NCBI RefSeq assembly: GCF_006345805.1
Contig: NC_042998.1
Location: forward strand, 126,046,001-126,110,000
Direction of reading: 5' to 3'
DNA from: Octopus sinensis
Taxonomy: Eukaryota
DNA: 64,000 nucleotides
Of this stretch, positions 27,401-37,300 are shown one piece after another; position 1 is the stretch's first letter; each line of letters begins with the position of its first letter. The notes under the pieces are model-generated. The model was not told the DNA's origin, did not search any database, and worked only from the letters and a program-made list of their open reading frames with translations. Both the position numbers and the translations under genes were made by a program.

Positions 27401-28866
27401 TTAATCCAGATGAGACAATGCTTACACCCTTCTTGCAAAACTCTTGTTGATGCTTTGTCAACAAGAACATGAAGTGAGCTGTTTTTAACTAATTTTATTT
27501 AATGTTCTAATGGGACAAGCAGCTACAGGAGATAAATGAATAAGGGTTTGATTATCTATCTATCTTGCGAAGGATTCTAATATCGGCTTCCTAGATAGGT
27601 ACAAGGCCATGAAACTTTAGGGTACGGATACTGTTGATTAAATTTCAACACAGAATGTAAAAAAAATCCTAATTGTGAAAGACATGCTCATTTTTTATGG
27701 GGTATTTGCTTTTATTTATGGCAAACTTTGAGTACAAGATGATAGCTTTGCTTTCTCAAATCTAGCTGGTATCAGTGTTTGGTATATACAGAAGAATTGG
27801 ATTGATGCTGTGCTGCAACTAGCTTGTTTGACATAAAGAATACTCTTTGATGCAATTTAGAATTATTTTTGCATGTTGTTGCTTAAGATAGGAGGATATT
27901 ATTCCATCAGCTTGTTTAGAATTGCATTTTTACATTTCTTGTTATGGTGATTATAGGGAGATTTGGTTTCAATTTCTAGCAAGTTGAGGACCTCCTAGTT
28001 GGCTCTATCGTGAAACGAAATATTAAAAGGTATTCAATTAATTTTTTAATGAATTTATATATGAGAATAATTAATTTGTTTTCGTTTTTAAAAAGTAAAA
28101 TAAAATCAACCTTGCACTCAATCTGGAGCCAGTATATATTCTCCCGCTGGTAGTGGGATCATCACTTACAATTGTGTAGAAACATAAATTCCAATTAAGT
28201 AGTTAGGTAATTGTAAGTAGTAAACACAAGCAACTATAACGAAGAACGGGGCTAATCCGAAATCAATTTTCCAAAAAACATGCATTTTTCAAGGAGAGGT
28301 GAGAAACTGCATTAGCCCTCGAAGAACTAGTGGTCCTTAAATTTGAGAACGACTTTAAATGGTACGTTATAGTCTAAGACCGCCCTAGAGTACGCATGTA
28401 TGGTACCCATCAATGAGTGATCATTTCTATTAATTTACTTTTAGGGTGCAGAGGAAGAGAAATCGTGAAGTACTCTAACTACACAAGGGTACTACAGGCG
28501 TGAAGTGCAATGAAAATCAAAACATGGTCGTAGATTCATTTGATTTATACCCTACCCCCAATTCTATGAGACTAACAAAATATCCATACATATACAATAG
28601 AATTTGAAGTATCTATATATTATTAGCTAGATCTCAATTCTTATTCACCAAATCAATAACTCTAATTAAAGTTTCCAGTCCCTCGTGAATGGCATAGTAG
28701 TTTTAACTTAACCCAAAATCTTTCTTTTTCCCTAATCTGAACCAAGTTCAATAAATAATTCAGGTACACAGTTCAGGAATAAAATCTAAAAACATAAATA
28801 GAAGTAAAATTTTACCTTTGCCACTTTGGGCATTTTGGTTTTGCCTCCGGGAGTAATTTCGGCCAT
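7409..28866 (-). CDS. CRNKL1: Crooked neck-like protein 1 (HAT-repeat NTC/Prp19-complex splicing factor), complete 16-exon gene, 704 aa
   Basis: join(28866-28816,25123-25034,23990-23928,23039-22948,22138-22055,21645-21527,20309-20187,18090-17912,16389-16228,15069-14941,13226-13014,10730-10584,10156-9962,9632-9477,8498-8406,7627-7409) = 2115 nt with consistent phases. The translation [43 protein letters not shown]...[28 protein letters not shown] is colinear with Crn/Clf1/CRNKL1 as I know it. 14 GT-AG introns and one AT-AC intron. Confidence 0.97.
8406..8498 (-). CDS. CRNKL1: CRNKL1 exon 15 ([31 protein letters not shown])
   Basis: tttgcag| and |gtgagt; 93 nt. Confidence 0.95.
8553..8840 (-). 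mobile_element. RTE-tail repeat copy ((CAT)n tail)
   Basis: Homologous to the 3' end of 38545-39227; related copies at ~13690, 15360, 21170, 31470, 39840, 56270, 57920. Confidence 0.7.
9477..9632 (-). CDS. CRNKL1: CRNKL1 exon 14 (VWISFAHFE...[17 protein letters not shown])
   Basis: atatag| and |gtagga; 156 nt. Confidence 0.96.
9962..10156 (-). CDS. CRNKL1: CRNKL1 exon 13 ([10 protein letters not shown]...[15 protein letters not shown]...RTQHVK)
   Basis: ttttag| and |gtatgt; 195 nt. Confidence 0.97.
10584..10730 (-). CDS. CRNKL1: CRNKL1 exon 12 ([13 protein letters not shown]...[11 protein letters not shown])
   Basis: ttacag| and |gtaagc; 147 nt. Confidence 0.96.
11637..12501 (-). mobile_element. 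maT/DD37D Tc1-mariner element, internally deleted (865 bp)
   Basis: TA-flanked TIRs CAGGGTGTGGTGAATAAA / TTTACCCATCGCACCCTG; peptide [12 protein letters not shown]...[17 protein letters not shown] with 37 residues between the Asp residues. Confidence 0.9.
13014..13226 (-). CDS. CRNKL1: CRNKL1 exon 11 ([12 protein letters not shown]...[11 protein letters not shown]...AARKIL)
   Basis: ttacag| and |gtaagt; 213 nt. Confidence 0.97.
14941..15069 (-). CDS. CRNKL1: CRNKL1 exon 10 ([20 protein letters not shown]...AIANVPPSQ)
   Basis: tttgcag| and |gtctgt; 129 nt. Confidence 0.96.
16228..16389 (-). CDS. CRNKL1: CRNKL1 exon 9 ([13 protein letters not shown]...[11 protein letters not shown])
   Basis: ttacag| and |gtaggg; 162 nt. 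Confidence 0.96.
17912..18090 (-). CDS. CRNKL1: CRNKL1 exon 8 ([19 protein letters not shown]...AKFEEGQKE)
   Basis: follows the AC acceptor; donor GAG|gtaggt; 179 nt. Confidence 0.95.
18091..20186 (-). other. U12-type (minor spliceosome) AT-AC intron 7 of CRNKL1
   Basis: 5' end ATATCCTTTC (20186-20177); branch point TTTCCTTGAC (18109-18100); 3' end AC (18092-18091). Splicing restores T|TT = Phe in [14 protein letters not shown]. Confidence 0.93.
18774..19186 (-). mobile_element. tRNA-derived SINE (CORE-like body), well preserved, inside the U12 intron
   Basis: A/B-box-like head TGGCTGTGTGG...GGTTCCTTCCC; CCTTGGGCAAGT core; homologous copies at 47753, 48660 and 52788. Confidence 0.85.
20187..20309 (-). 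CDS. CRNKL1: CRNKL1 exon 7 ([40 protein letters not shown])
   Basis: cttcag| acceptor; ends at U12 donor CGA T|ATATCCTTTC; 123 nt. Confidence 0.94.
21527..21645 (-). CDS. CRNKL1: CRNKL1 exon 6 ([39 protein letters not shown])
   Basis: ttttcag| and |gtaaat; 119 nt. Confidence 0.96.
22055..22138 (-). CDS. CRNKL1: CRNKL1 exon 5 ([27 protein letters not shown])
   Basis: tctgcag| and |gtaagt; 84 nt. Confidence 0.96.
22948..23039 (-). CDS. CRNKL1: CRNKL1 exon 4 ([31 protein letters not shown])
   Basis: ctttcag| and |gtttct; 92 nt. Confidence 0.95.
23928..23990 (-). CDS. CRNKL1: CRNKL1 exon 3 ([21 protein letters not shown])
   Basis: tttgtag| and |gtaagt; 63 nt. Confidence 0.95.
25034..25123 (-). 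CDS. CRNKL1: CRNKL1 exon 2 ([30 protein letters not shown])
   Basis: tttcag| and |gtaagt; 90 nt. Confidence 0.96.
25150..26060 (+). mobile_element. 5'-truncated CR1-like LINE (RT domain to 3' end) in CRNKL1 intron 1
   Basis: [41 protein letters not shown]; stops and frameshifts. Confidence 0.85.
28112..28171 (-). ncRNA. Candidate intronic box C/D snoRNA-like sequence (CRNKL1 intron 1)
   Basis: Box C GTGATGA, D-like TTGA, terminal stem TTGTA/TGCAA, 11-nt element with 10/11 complementarity to conserved 18S UCUGGUGCCAG. Short, with a non-canonical D box. Confidence 0.25.
28816..28866 (-). CDS. CRNKL1: CRNKL1 exon 1 ([17 protein letters not shown])
   Basis: ATG at 28866; donor AAG|gtaaaa; PKVAK motif. 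Confidence 0.92.
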
Positions 28867-29342
28867 CGTTTCAAATTCCGTGTAAACAGAACAAACTAAT
28901 CTCTAACTGGAGATGTTTGACTCTTCTAACAATCAAGGGAGATCAACGAGCTGGTTACATATATCTACGGATGCTCATAAGTGAAAACATTTTTATAAAA
29001 TGAAATAAAGTGTATTTTCTTGATGATGTACGCAAGTTTGTTTTCGGAGTAGGGAAATAGATAATTGTAAAAACGATTATTAACGCAAGTGCATTGAAAG
29101 CAGTAGTTCCAACTTCGTATTAAGCTAAGAGTTCAGCTTTCCCGGGAAGGTAACTATTGCTCTCTAATGCTTGTCTGGATAAAAGAATATATCTTGATTT
29201 CTTATTAATTTAACAAAATGCCAAGGATTAAGGAAAATGTGACATGATTTATAGGATATGGACCATTTGATGTTTGTGGTTTACTTTTGCTCGGTAGCAA
29301 AATTAAAAGAAATAAGTCTTCAAACAAAGGCAGTTGCCACAA

Positions 29343-29870
29343 TCATCATCATCATCATCGTTTAACGTCCACCTTCCTTGCTGGCATGGGTTGGACGGTT
29401 TGACAGGAGCTGACCAGGCGGAAGCCTGCACCATGTTTCTGTGTCAGTTTTGGCCAGTTTTTACGGCTGGATGCCCTTCCCAACACCAACCACTTCGTAG
29501 AGTGAGCTGAATGCTTTTTATGTTGCACTCACACAGGTGAGGTCAGTTTTGGCATGGTTTTTACAGCAGGATGCCCTTCCAAATGCCAACTAGTTTACAG
29601 TGTGGAGAAGGTGCTTTTTAAGTGGTACCTGCACTAGCAGGGGTCACTGAGTAACTTTGCAAGACAAAGAGGCATTGAGAGAGAAGGGGGCATTGGAGGA
29701 GATTATCTTATCCAGACGATGAAAGATTAGAGTGTGACAGAGAGGCAGAAATAGATGCCTTGCTGTAGAGGAGGTTGTAGAGCAACTGTACGTTACCCAA
29801 CAAGAGAGAGGAAGGGAAAGAGAGCAAGAATTAACAAAATGAGGGCCAAGATAGTTACCTAGAGAGAGAG
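29343..29870 (-). mobile_element. RTE-tail repeat copy upstream of CRNKL1
   Basis: CATCATCATCATCGTTTAACGTCC...GGATGCCCTTCC. Confidence 0.75.
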
Positions 29871-30073
29871 TGGGAGTTAACAAGAGGTGTGCTGCTGTAA
29901 AGGAGATACATGGTTACCTGGACAGAGGTAAGAGCAAGGGAAGGAGAGGGAGAGATAGATCAAAAATGAGGGCAGAAATAGGGTATACTTGCAAGGTACA
30001 GGGATCAGCGTGTGTGAAAGTTTTATTGTTATATGTGGGTGGGATACAACACTTCTATAACTCAGGTTTGCTG

Positions 30074-30902
30074 ACATGCATTAGGAGTGAGAAAATTAAT
30101 GTTGATGCCTATGGAAAGATCTATCCAAATGTAGAAAAAGTATGCAAATATACGCATGCACTCATACCAAAATGAAATAAAAGATGAGAAAAACTTATGC
30201 AGTCATATAATCACACAGAGATATATGGGTAGACATGCACACGTGTGTGTATGCATCCCTGCAAAAAGGAATTGATACACACAACCACACACACAGAGCA
30301 GAGATAGAGAATCTGTGAGTGTGTGTGTGTGTGTATAGGTTCAGTAAAAATTTAGATTCTGTTGAATATGGTACTTAAAGGTACCAGAATTTGGTATGGT
30401 ATTATCCATATAATTCAAAATGGGGTGATTATAATCAAAATAAGCAACAAGGATATCCAAAGGTAATGCAGTACGATCGTTTCATGCGACTCCATTTAAT
30501 TGAACAATGCAAGTATTACATCAGTTTCAAAATGTAGAGCAATCTTCAGCTGCATATAAATGAATCTTTTCAATTTAACTAAATTCTATATTTATATGCA
30601 GTTGAAGATTGCTCTACATTTTAAAACTGATGTAATACTTGCATTGTTCGATTAAATGGAGTCGCATGAAACGATCGTACTGCATTACCTCTGGATATCC
30701 TTGTTGCTTATTTTGATTATATATATACATATATATATATGTGTGTGCATGTCTACCCATATATCTGCTCTTTCTGCGTAAGTTTTCTTTTCTTTTATTT
30801 CATTCTAGTATATGCACATGTGTATATTTGCAAACTTTTTTCTACGTTTGAACAGATCTTTCCATAGGCATCAACATTAATTTTCTCACTCCTAATGCAT
30901 GT
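30074..30902. repeat. Outer inverted repeat (~160-170 bp arms) enclosing the inner palindrome
   Basis: 30074-30242 is the reverse complement of 30743-30902 (both arms give the spurious peptide IRSEKINVDAYGKI in the ORF track). Confidence 0.88.
30430..30721. repeat. Long near-perfect inverted repeat (132 bp arms, 28 nt spacer)
   Basis: 30430-30561 versus 30590-30721, four mismatches counted by eye. Confidence 0.92.
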
Positions 30903-30945
30903 ATGTTCTGAAAATGTAATTTTCCGAAATAAAGCACTCTTTATA

Positions 30946-31013
30946 TTCAAGGCTCTGATGAAGCTATAAGAGTCCACCGCATCATATAGCAGAAACAGCT
31001 GTATGCTAATGAA
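30946..31013 (+). ncRNA. Type I hammerhead ribozyme motif (Penelope-like element/retrozyme class), slightly degenerate
   Basis: CTGATGA 30955-30961; helix II GCTATA/TATAGC (30963-68/30985-90); GAAA 30992-95; palindromic helix III ACAGCTGT; cleavage triplet GTA 31001-31003; imperfect helix I. Confidence 0.65.
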
Positions 31014-31140
31014 GTTCACTGCATAACCTTTGTTTTTTTCCAGTGTCATCCCTTCCTATTACAACTCTATACTCATCTAACATTGTGTTCTGGACCATAT
31101 GTATATTGAGTTTATTGGTCTTGCTATGCCTAAGTGAAAT

Positions 31141-31334
31141 ATATATGTGTGTGTGTGTGTGTATATAGATAGATAGATAGATATATATATATATATATAT
31201 ATACATATATATATACATATATATCATATATATATATGTGTGTGTATATATGTGTATGTATGTATGTATGTATGTATATGTGTATATATGTGTGTCTGTG
31301 TGTATGTATGTATGTATATGTGTATATATATACA

Positions 31335-31421
<87 letters not shown>
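31141..31421. repeat. Compound microsatellite (TG)/(TAGA)/(TA)/(TGTA)
   Basis: Direct reading. Confidence 0.95.
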
Positions 31422-31424
<3 letters not shown>

Positions 31425-33914
31425 TAAAATTATAGTTGTGGTCAGTAATGGTGACATATAAGAGGTACCATGCCAGTGACACATATAAGGCACCCACTAC
31501 ACACTATGGAGTGGTTGGCGTGAGGAAGGCCATCCAGCCAGCCATAGAAAACAAGCTAAAACAGACTGGAGCCTGTTGCAGCTCTCCTACTTACCAGTTT
31601 CAGTCAAACCATCTAACCCATGCCAGCATGGAAAATGTATCAGCATGACTGATACTTTATTTTATTGTCCCTCAGCCCCAAGGGATTAAAAGGATTGACC
31701 TCACTAGAATTTGAATTCAAAATGTAAAGAATCAAAACAAATTCCACAAAGCATTTTGTCCAATGCTCTGAGTCTACCAAAACAATAATAGCTTCAAACC
31801 AAAGCCTGCCATCATCAAAAGGAAACATACATTAGATAACTTTATCTTGGATAGTCCGAAAATTAGATTGGGTAGTCATGGCTGGAATGCTTTGATATTA
31901 TTAAGATCAGAGTAGACTTGGGGCTAAACAACAACTTTAATGCTAGAACAGAAAAACTGGAATAGTCATGTAAAGAAATAAGAAATAGAGTTCAAGCATC
32001 TAAATGAGTGAACCTGTATATAATGCAGTTTGTACCAAATATTCAGAAAATCAAAATTATGGTAAGTTGAATGAATAAAGTATTAGACAAACAACCAAGA
32101 GATCAGTGGTTGGCATATCTCTCAATAATGCAATCTAATGACTCACAATTACATCTCATCTTAGTAACAGATACATAAGACCTCTATCAGTCAAGGTTGA
32201 ACAAGCATTTGCACTTGTGTGCAAGCTGAGCAAGATTTTTAGAGGAAGATCAGCAGTTGCCCATTCATGCAAGTCTTTCCTCTCAACACCATCGATGTTT
32301 ATTCAAAGGAGAGGCTACTAACTTTAACTGCTTGCAACAGAATAGACTCTTCTAAAAGTACCCAATATGTCAGGTGTTGGGATTAAGTGAAGGACTTTAA
32401 TATATTACTGGTACATATTTGTTTAGTCTAAAAGACTACGAGGCAATGAGGGGACATCGCTGTTTGTTAAGCCTTCTAAAAATAGATGCCAAATCTACCT
32501 CAAATTGCATCAATGTCTTGAAAATAGAGGAACATATGTGATAATGTAACTCTAGATATTAGGAAAGGACTGGATGATCCTGTCTGGAATGCCTTTGATC
32601 ATGAATCTGATCTGCTAGAGCTGGTCCAGTTTCATTGCAGTTGCCACAGTCAGAATACAAAAAGCTGAAACTGATGCCACAAGACATCTTACTGAACCAT
32701 TTAAAACTCCTCCCAATCCACCATTCTGAATTGGTGCTTTGATACTGAAAGGATGCATGGTGAAGTTGACCTCCGTGACATTTGGACTCAGAGAACAGAA
32801 TCAGAGCAAAGACCATGAAACATTCTAACCAACACTTAAATGACTTTGCCAATTCACTATCTTAATAAGAAACATAATTTTTGAATGAAATCGTTTTCAA
32901 CCATTTTTCTTTGTTGCTTAGCTTGTTTCAATAAAGAATGAAGTCAAACAAGAATTCCAGACTGGCCTCATCATCATTATCACTAATAGTATGATTTAGC
33001 TTACATAAATTAAATTCAGTTTTACAGCTTGTTTATGAGGAATGTGTAAGCAAAAATAGGTAAAAATAGACATTCTGAAAGTGGATCAGGAGATTGAGGA
33101 AAAAATATATTGTACATAGTAATGGGCTGTACATCTCCAACTATGGGGATGTTAAAAATATATAAAGTTAGAAATATAGAACAGGTCAATTGATGCAGCC
33201 TCGTAAGAATAGTCAAAGATGAACAAGAAACAGAGAAAATTTCTGGATGAAGTTCCCGATAAATTTTGCATTGTGGGTACTACATTACAATATTCAATAG
33301 ATTACGGCAACCTAATTTTCAATCAACTCTCAGGAGGACAAGAGCTTCACAGAAGCTATAATGAAGGCCAAGTCAAGCATAAGATTACTGTTTGTCAGCC
33401 AAACCCATCCAACCCTTGCAAGTATGGAAAAGTGCAGTGTTTTTCATAGAATGGAGAAGTTGAGAGGATTGGAAAGACTAAAGTTTTTAATTTGTCCCAC
33501 ACCTAAATAAAATATGAAAAATTATATGGATGCAAATATCAACATTGCCTTTTGTATGAGTTATGATTAACAATGAAGGAGAGGTGAATTACATTAATAT
33601 TTTTGGTGGGAGGCTCTAGTATTTATCCATTTGATAACCACGAGGAAAGTGAACTTTAATATGATAATGAGGAGAAAGGGGGTAGTAATAAAATTATGCA
33701 AATGTTATGATAAAACAGTTGCTAGCTAATCACATGTAACTACCTATGTAAATCTTAAGATTGATCAGTACATTGAAAAATATGCTCTGCAAGTCAATGA
33801 AACGGTTCTAGCACATAACAAAACTACTGAGCAATTTAGATCAACCTTATTCTCCAAAGGGTCTTTCGGATACTAATGAAATGTGTGGGCAACACCCTCT
33901 CTTGTAAAACGACA

Positions 33915-34140
33915 ACGCGGAAGTTGATATTCTGACGGAGAGAAATACAAGTAAATTGTTAGGTATAAAATAAAACAAAAGAGCAGTTTGTTTAAGACAA
34001 GCACGGAACTAAAACGACCGACATAGTAAACAAAGGAAAATAATAATAATAAAAGAGATTATGTCTTTTCGGCGGTTCTGTAGTTGGTGACTGACTATAA
34101 CGCGACTTCCGGTTTCCATTGATGGCAGACGTCACAGCAA
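33915..34140 (+). promoter_or_regulatory. Likely AUP1 core promoter (housekeeping-type motif cluster)
   Basis: Locally CpG-rich; ETS sites GCGGAAGT (~33917) and ACTTCCGG (34105-34112); YY1-like ATGGC core; CRE-like GACGTCAC (34128-34135); 130-350 bp upstream of the ATG. Confidence 0.55.
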
Positions 34141-34267
34141 TGTGAGACTATAACCATACACACGATATATATATATATGTGTGTGTAAATATATATGTAT
34201 ATATATACAATTATACACACACACATATGCACACAACAGAACTGCAGCTTCTTTCCTACGAACAAAC

Positions 34268-34308
34268 ATGAGTAACATAAAAATTGAAAAACTCTTCAAT
34301 TTTCAAAG
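34268..34308 (+). CDS. AUP1: AUP1 exon 1 (MSNIKIEKLFNFQR)
   Basis: caaacATG; AAG|gtaatg; phase 2 fits exon 2; resembles AUP1 'ERLFDSHR|LP'; sits just after a promoter-like motif cluster. Confidence 0.8.
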
Positions 34309-37300
34309 GTAATGTTCACGTTTTTTTACTGTAACTGAATTTGTTTTTGTGTTTTATCCTTTCTTATTTCATAATTTTTTATTATTTTTCACTCAAAACA
34401 CATAGTGGCATTTTGTTTGTTGGAGATCTTACGCTTGACGTATTTATATATCAAATACGATCACCATTATTATTGTTACTATTTTAGCATTATTAATATA
34501 CTTTCTCTCATGAATTTTTTGGTTCATCTTATTCCATTACGAACTGCCTTTGGCAACACGCAAACGAAACCTGTTTGCAGATTCTGGAAAATTCTTTAAC
34601 GAAGTTGAAGTTCGCTAACCTATAATTCTAATTAGATAGTCAACACTAATGCGCCGAATTATATATATTTCAAACGTTTCACCCCTCTTGTTTCTTGGTT
34701 CAAATCTCGTCTGGGTCAACTGCTACCTTTGCTTTATCCTGAGGGTCTGTCAATTGTTTTGTTGTTGTTGCTTAACCCCAGGTCAGCTCTAATTGAGCAG
34801 ACATGATCGAATGCATTCAAACCTAGAGACCGTCTCACATTTTGTATATTTCTTTCTCCGCAAAAGTTGGTTGTGTGCCTAGTAAAAAAAATTAATACAT
34901 ATGTTTAATAACATAATTCAAAATGATAACTTCGTTCATAGGCACCGAACAGTAATTTTGAAGGACATGTTTTAGGAAAATGGGAATTCAGTGATGATTA
35001 TCTCTATCTTCAGTGTGTTAATGTTGCTAATGAAGTGAAGGGACTTCAACAGAGACTCGACCCTGGACATCGTTTCAGTTCGATGAGCACTCGTTCTTTC
35101 TTGAATAATAATATATACAACCTGGTAATACATAAAACGCCACGCGTCTCTTCCTTTCACTGTAAGCAGCACAAAAAGTATCAGAAAGACAAGGTACTGG
35201 AATTGATTCTATTTATTTATTCTAATAATAGATAATCTTACGATATTCTGCTGTTACCCGTTATTTCTCTTAACCACCCAGTACTAAAAAGGTTGGAAGG
35301 AATCGTCGTCTCTGTCACGGGCATTATGTGCTATTGTTTTTCTGCATGTAAACAGAAGACAGCATGTGAGGTGAAGTCTTAGTAAAAATAAATAAACTAA
35401 ACAGCCGGTAAAGCCTCACATGTAATATAGTGAGTTCAAAAAGCTTCAATCGAACGAGCTTATCTTAACGATAAGTAGACAAAAACTCCCTCTGGATGCT
35501 AAGATTTAAAAACAAGCAAAGGAAATGACAAATGAAATCAGTTGCACAATTTAACACCACCACCTTGCTTTTGAATGCCTTTAGTGGAGTCCAATCTGTT
35601 AGAAGCATTTAGGTTAGGTCTCTGACTTTTGGGGATATATTCTCCCCTCTCTCTCCCAACTTGTTCTGGCAGTCCTCAAAAAGAGTCATAAGCACTGCTC
35701 TTCATCCTGAATAAGCAATAAAAAATGCAGATTGGAGTGAATTTTGTTTTTAAAGTTAACTTTTAAAGTGAAAACAATTGATATGTTCCAGTCTTATTAG
35801 ATTTCCTCAGTGAAACATATCCAGCTCAGTTGTCAAAATTAAGAGAAATCAGTATATATATATTAAAAAGAGAGAAACAGAACAGTGATTATGTATATAA
35901 ACAATATGGTCAAGAGAAACTACCTGGGGAGAATGTTCTGTATACTAAATATATATGCTGTATGATCTCACATATGTAATCTAGTGAATTAAAAAACAAC
36001 TTTGATTAACTGAGATTATATTCATGTGGTTTGGGATTTGTATAGATGCAGGCCTGGCTATGTGGTTTAAAAGTTCATTTTGCAGTGACAAGTTTTTTAG
36101 TTTGTTCTCACTGCTTGATGCCATGGGCAAATGAGTTTCACTTACTGCCTTGGGCTAAACAATGCTTTGTGAGTGAAATTAGTTGAGATAAGCTGTTCAG
36201 AAGCCTCTTGTTGCACATATGTTTGCATGTGTGTTTTCCCCATTTGTATATTGACATAGTTTGCACACTGCAAAACAGGCTGTTACTCTTTATACCTGCT
36301 GCAAAAAAGAGGTCTAGTTATTGAGTGATCCATTTTCAAAACACAAGAAACAAAAAGAAATGAATAAATAATTTTGAAACAAGTAAGCATTGAGCCATAG
36401 AAAAACTGCCTCAACAAGTCTTGTCTAACCCATGCAAAAAGTAAACATCGAAACGAACATAATATGATCAAAACCTAAATGCACCTAAGATCATCTAAGA
36501 TCATCCCATTGTTGGAAAGAGAAAGATGGTGAGAGGATAGGGATAGAAGGCTGGTGCAACAGAGTACAAATGATTATATACAGGAGTTGAGGTGGACACT
36601 GAATGTCAGTTTAGAGGATAGGGGATGTAAGAAATTGGAGTGGTTTAGGGGAGAGGAGGCACTGATAAAGGAGAGTAGTAGTAGGGATACAATGTGAAGT
36701 ATAAGGGTGATAAATTGTATCATTTACAGTATTTGAGTGATTAGTACCATAGTTAGAAAATTATTGGAGGAATGTTTGTTAGAAGAATTGTGGGGGAGGG
36801 CTTGACAGTACCTTTTTTTTTTTTTATGAGATAAATGGATTTTTTCAAGCACAGCATATCAGCATTCTTTCTTAGTGCTCTATCATCTCTTCCATGAGGT
36901 TCAAAATTTTGAGGATTATCTTCACTATTTTACCTCATGCCTTCTTCAAACTCCCTCTTCCACAAATTCCATCCACATTTGCAGTACACAATTTATACAG
37001 CTGTCCTCATCCATATGCATCATAATACCACACCAGCATAGTCTTCTCTCTTGCATGCAGCATCTAATGTCTTTTATGCCCAATTTTGTTTTTTAACAAA
37101 TTTGTAAACTGTGGTATATGCACACTAGCATTTTTAGTCTTTTCATGTCCTTTGCATTCACAGCCAAAGTTACACAACCATGTAGCATTGTTGTTTTTAC
37201 ATAAGCATCATACAATCTGCCTTTCATTCTGAGAGATAGATCTTTTGTTACCAACAGAGGTAATTGCTCTCTGAACTTTCTCCAACCAGTTCTTATTCTA

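Noticed and set aside
26700-27420. Possible LINE endonuclease relic in CRNKL1 intron 1
   Set aside because: Only vague motif resemblance; too degenerate to call.
28145-28160. TGGTAGTGGGA resembling the U1 snRNA 3' region
   Set aside because: Only about 10 nt; no Sm site, stem-loops or 5' ACTTACCTG in the correct arrangement.
29139-29148. Palindrome TTCCCGGGAA (STAT-like) upstream of CRNKL1
   Set aside because: A single 10-mer with no other support; easily chance.
32559-33449. ORFs of 97, 64 and 76 aa in the intergenic region as a small gene
   Set aside because: No recognisable homology or splice structure; parts overlap SINE tails or look like LINE decay.
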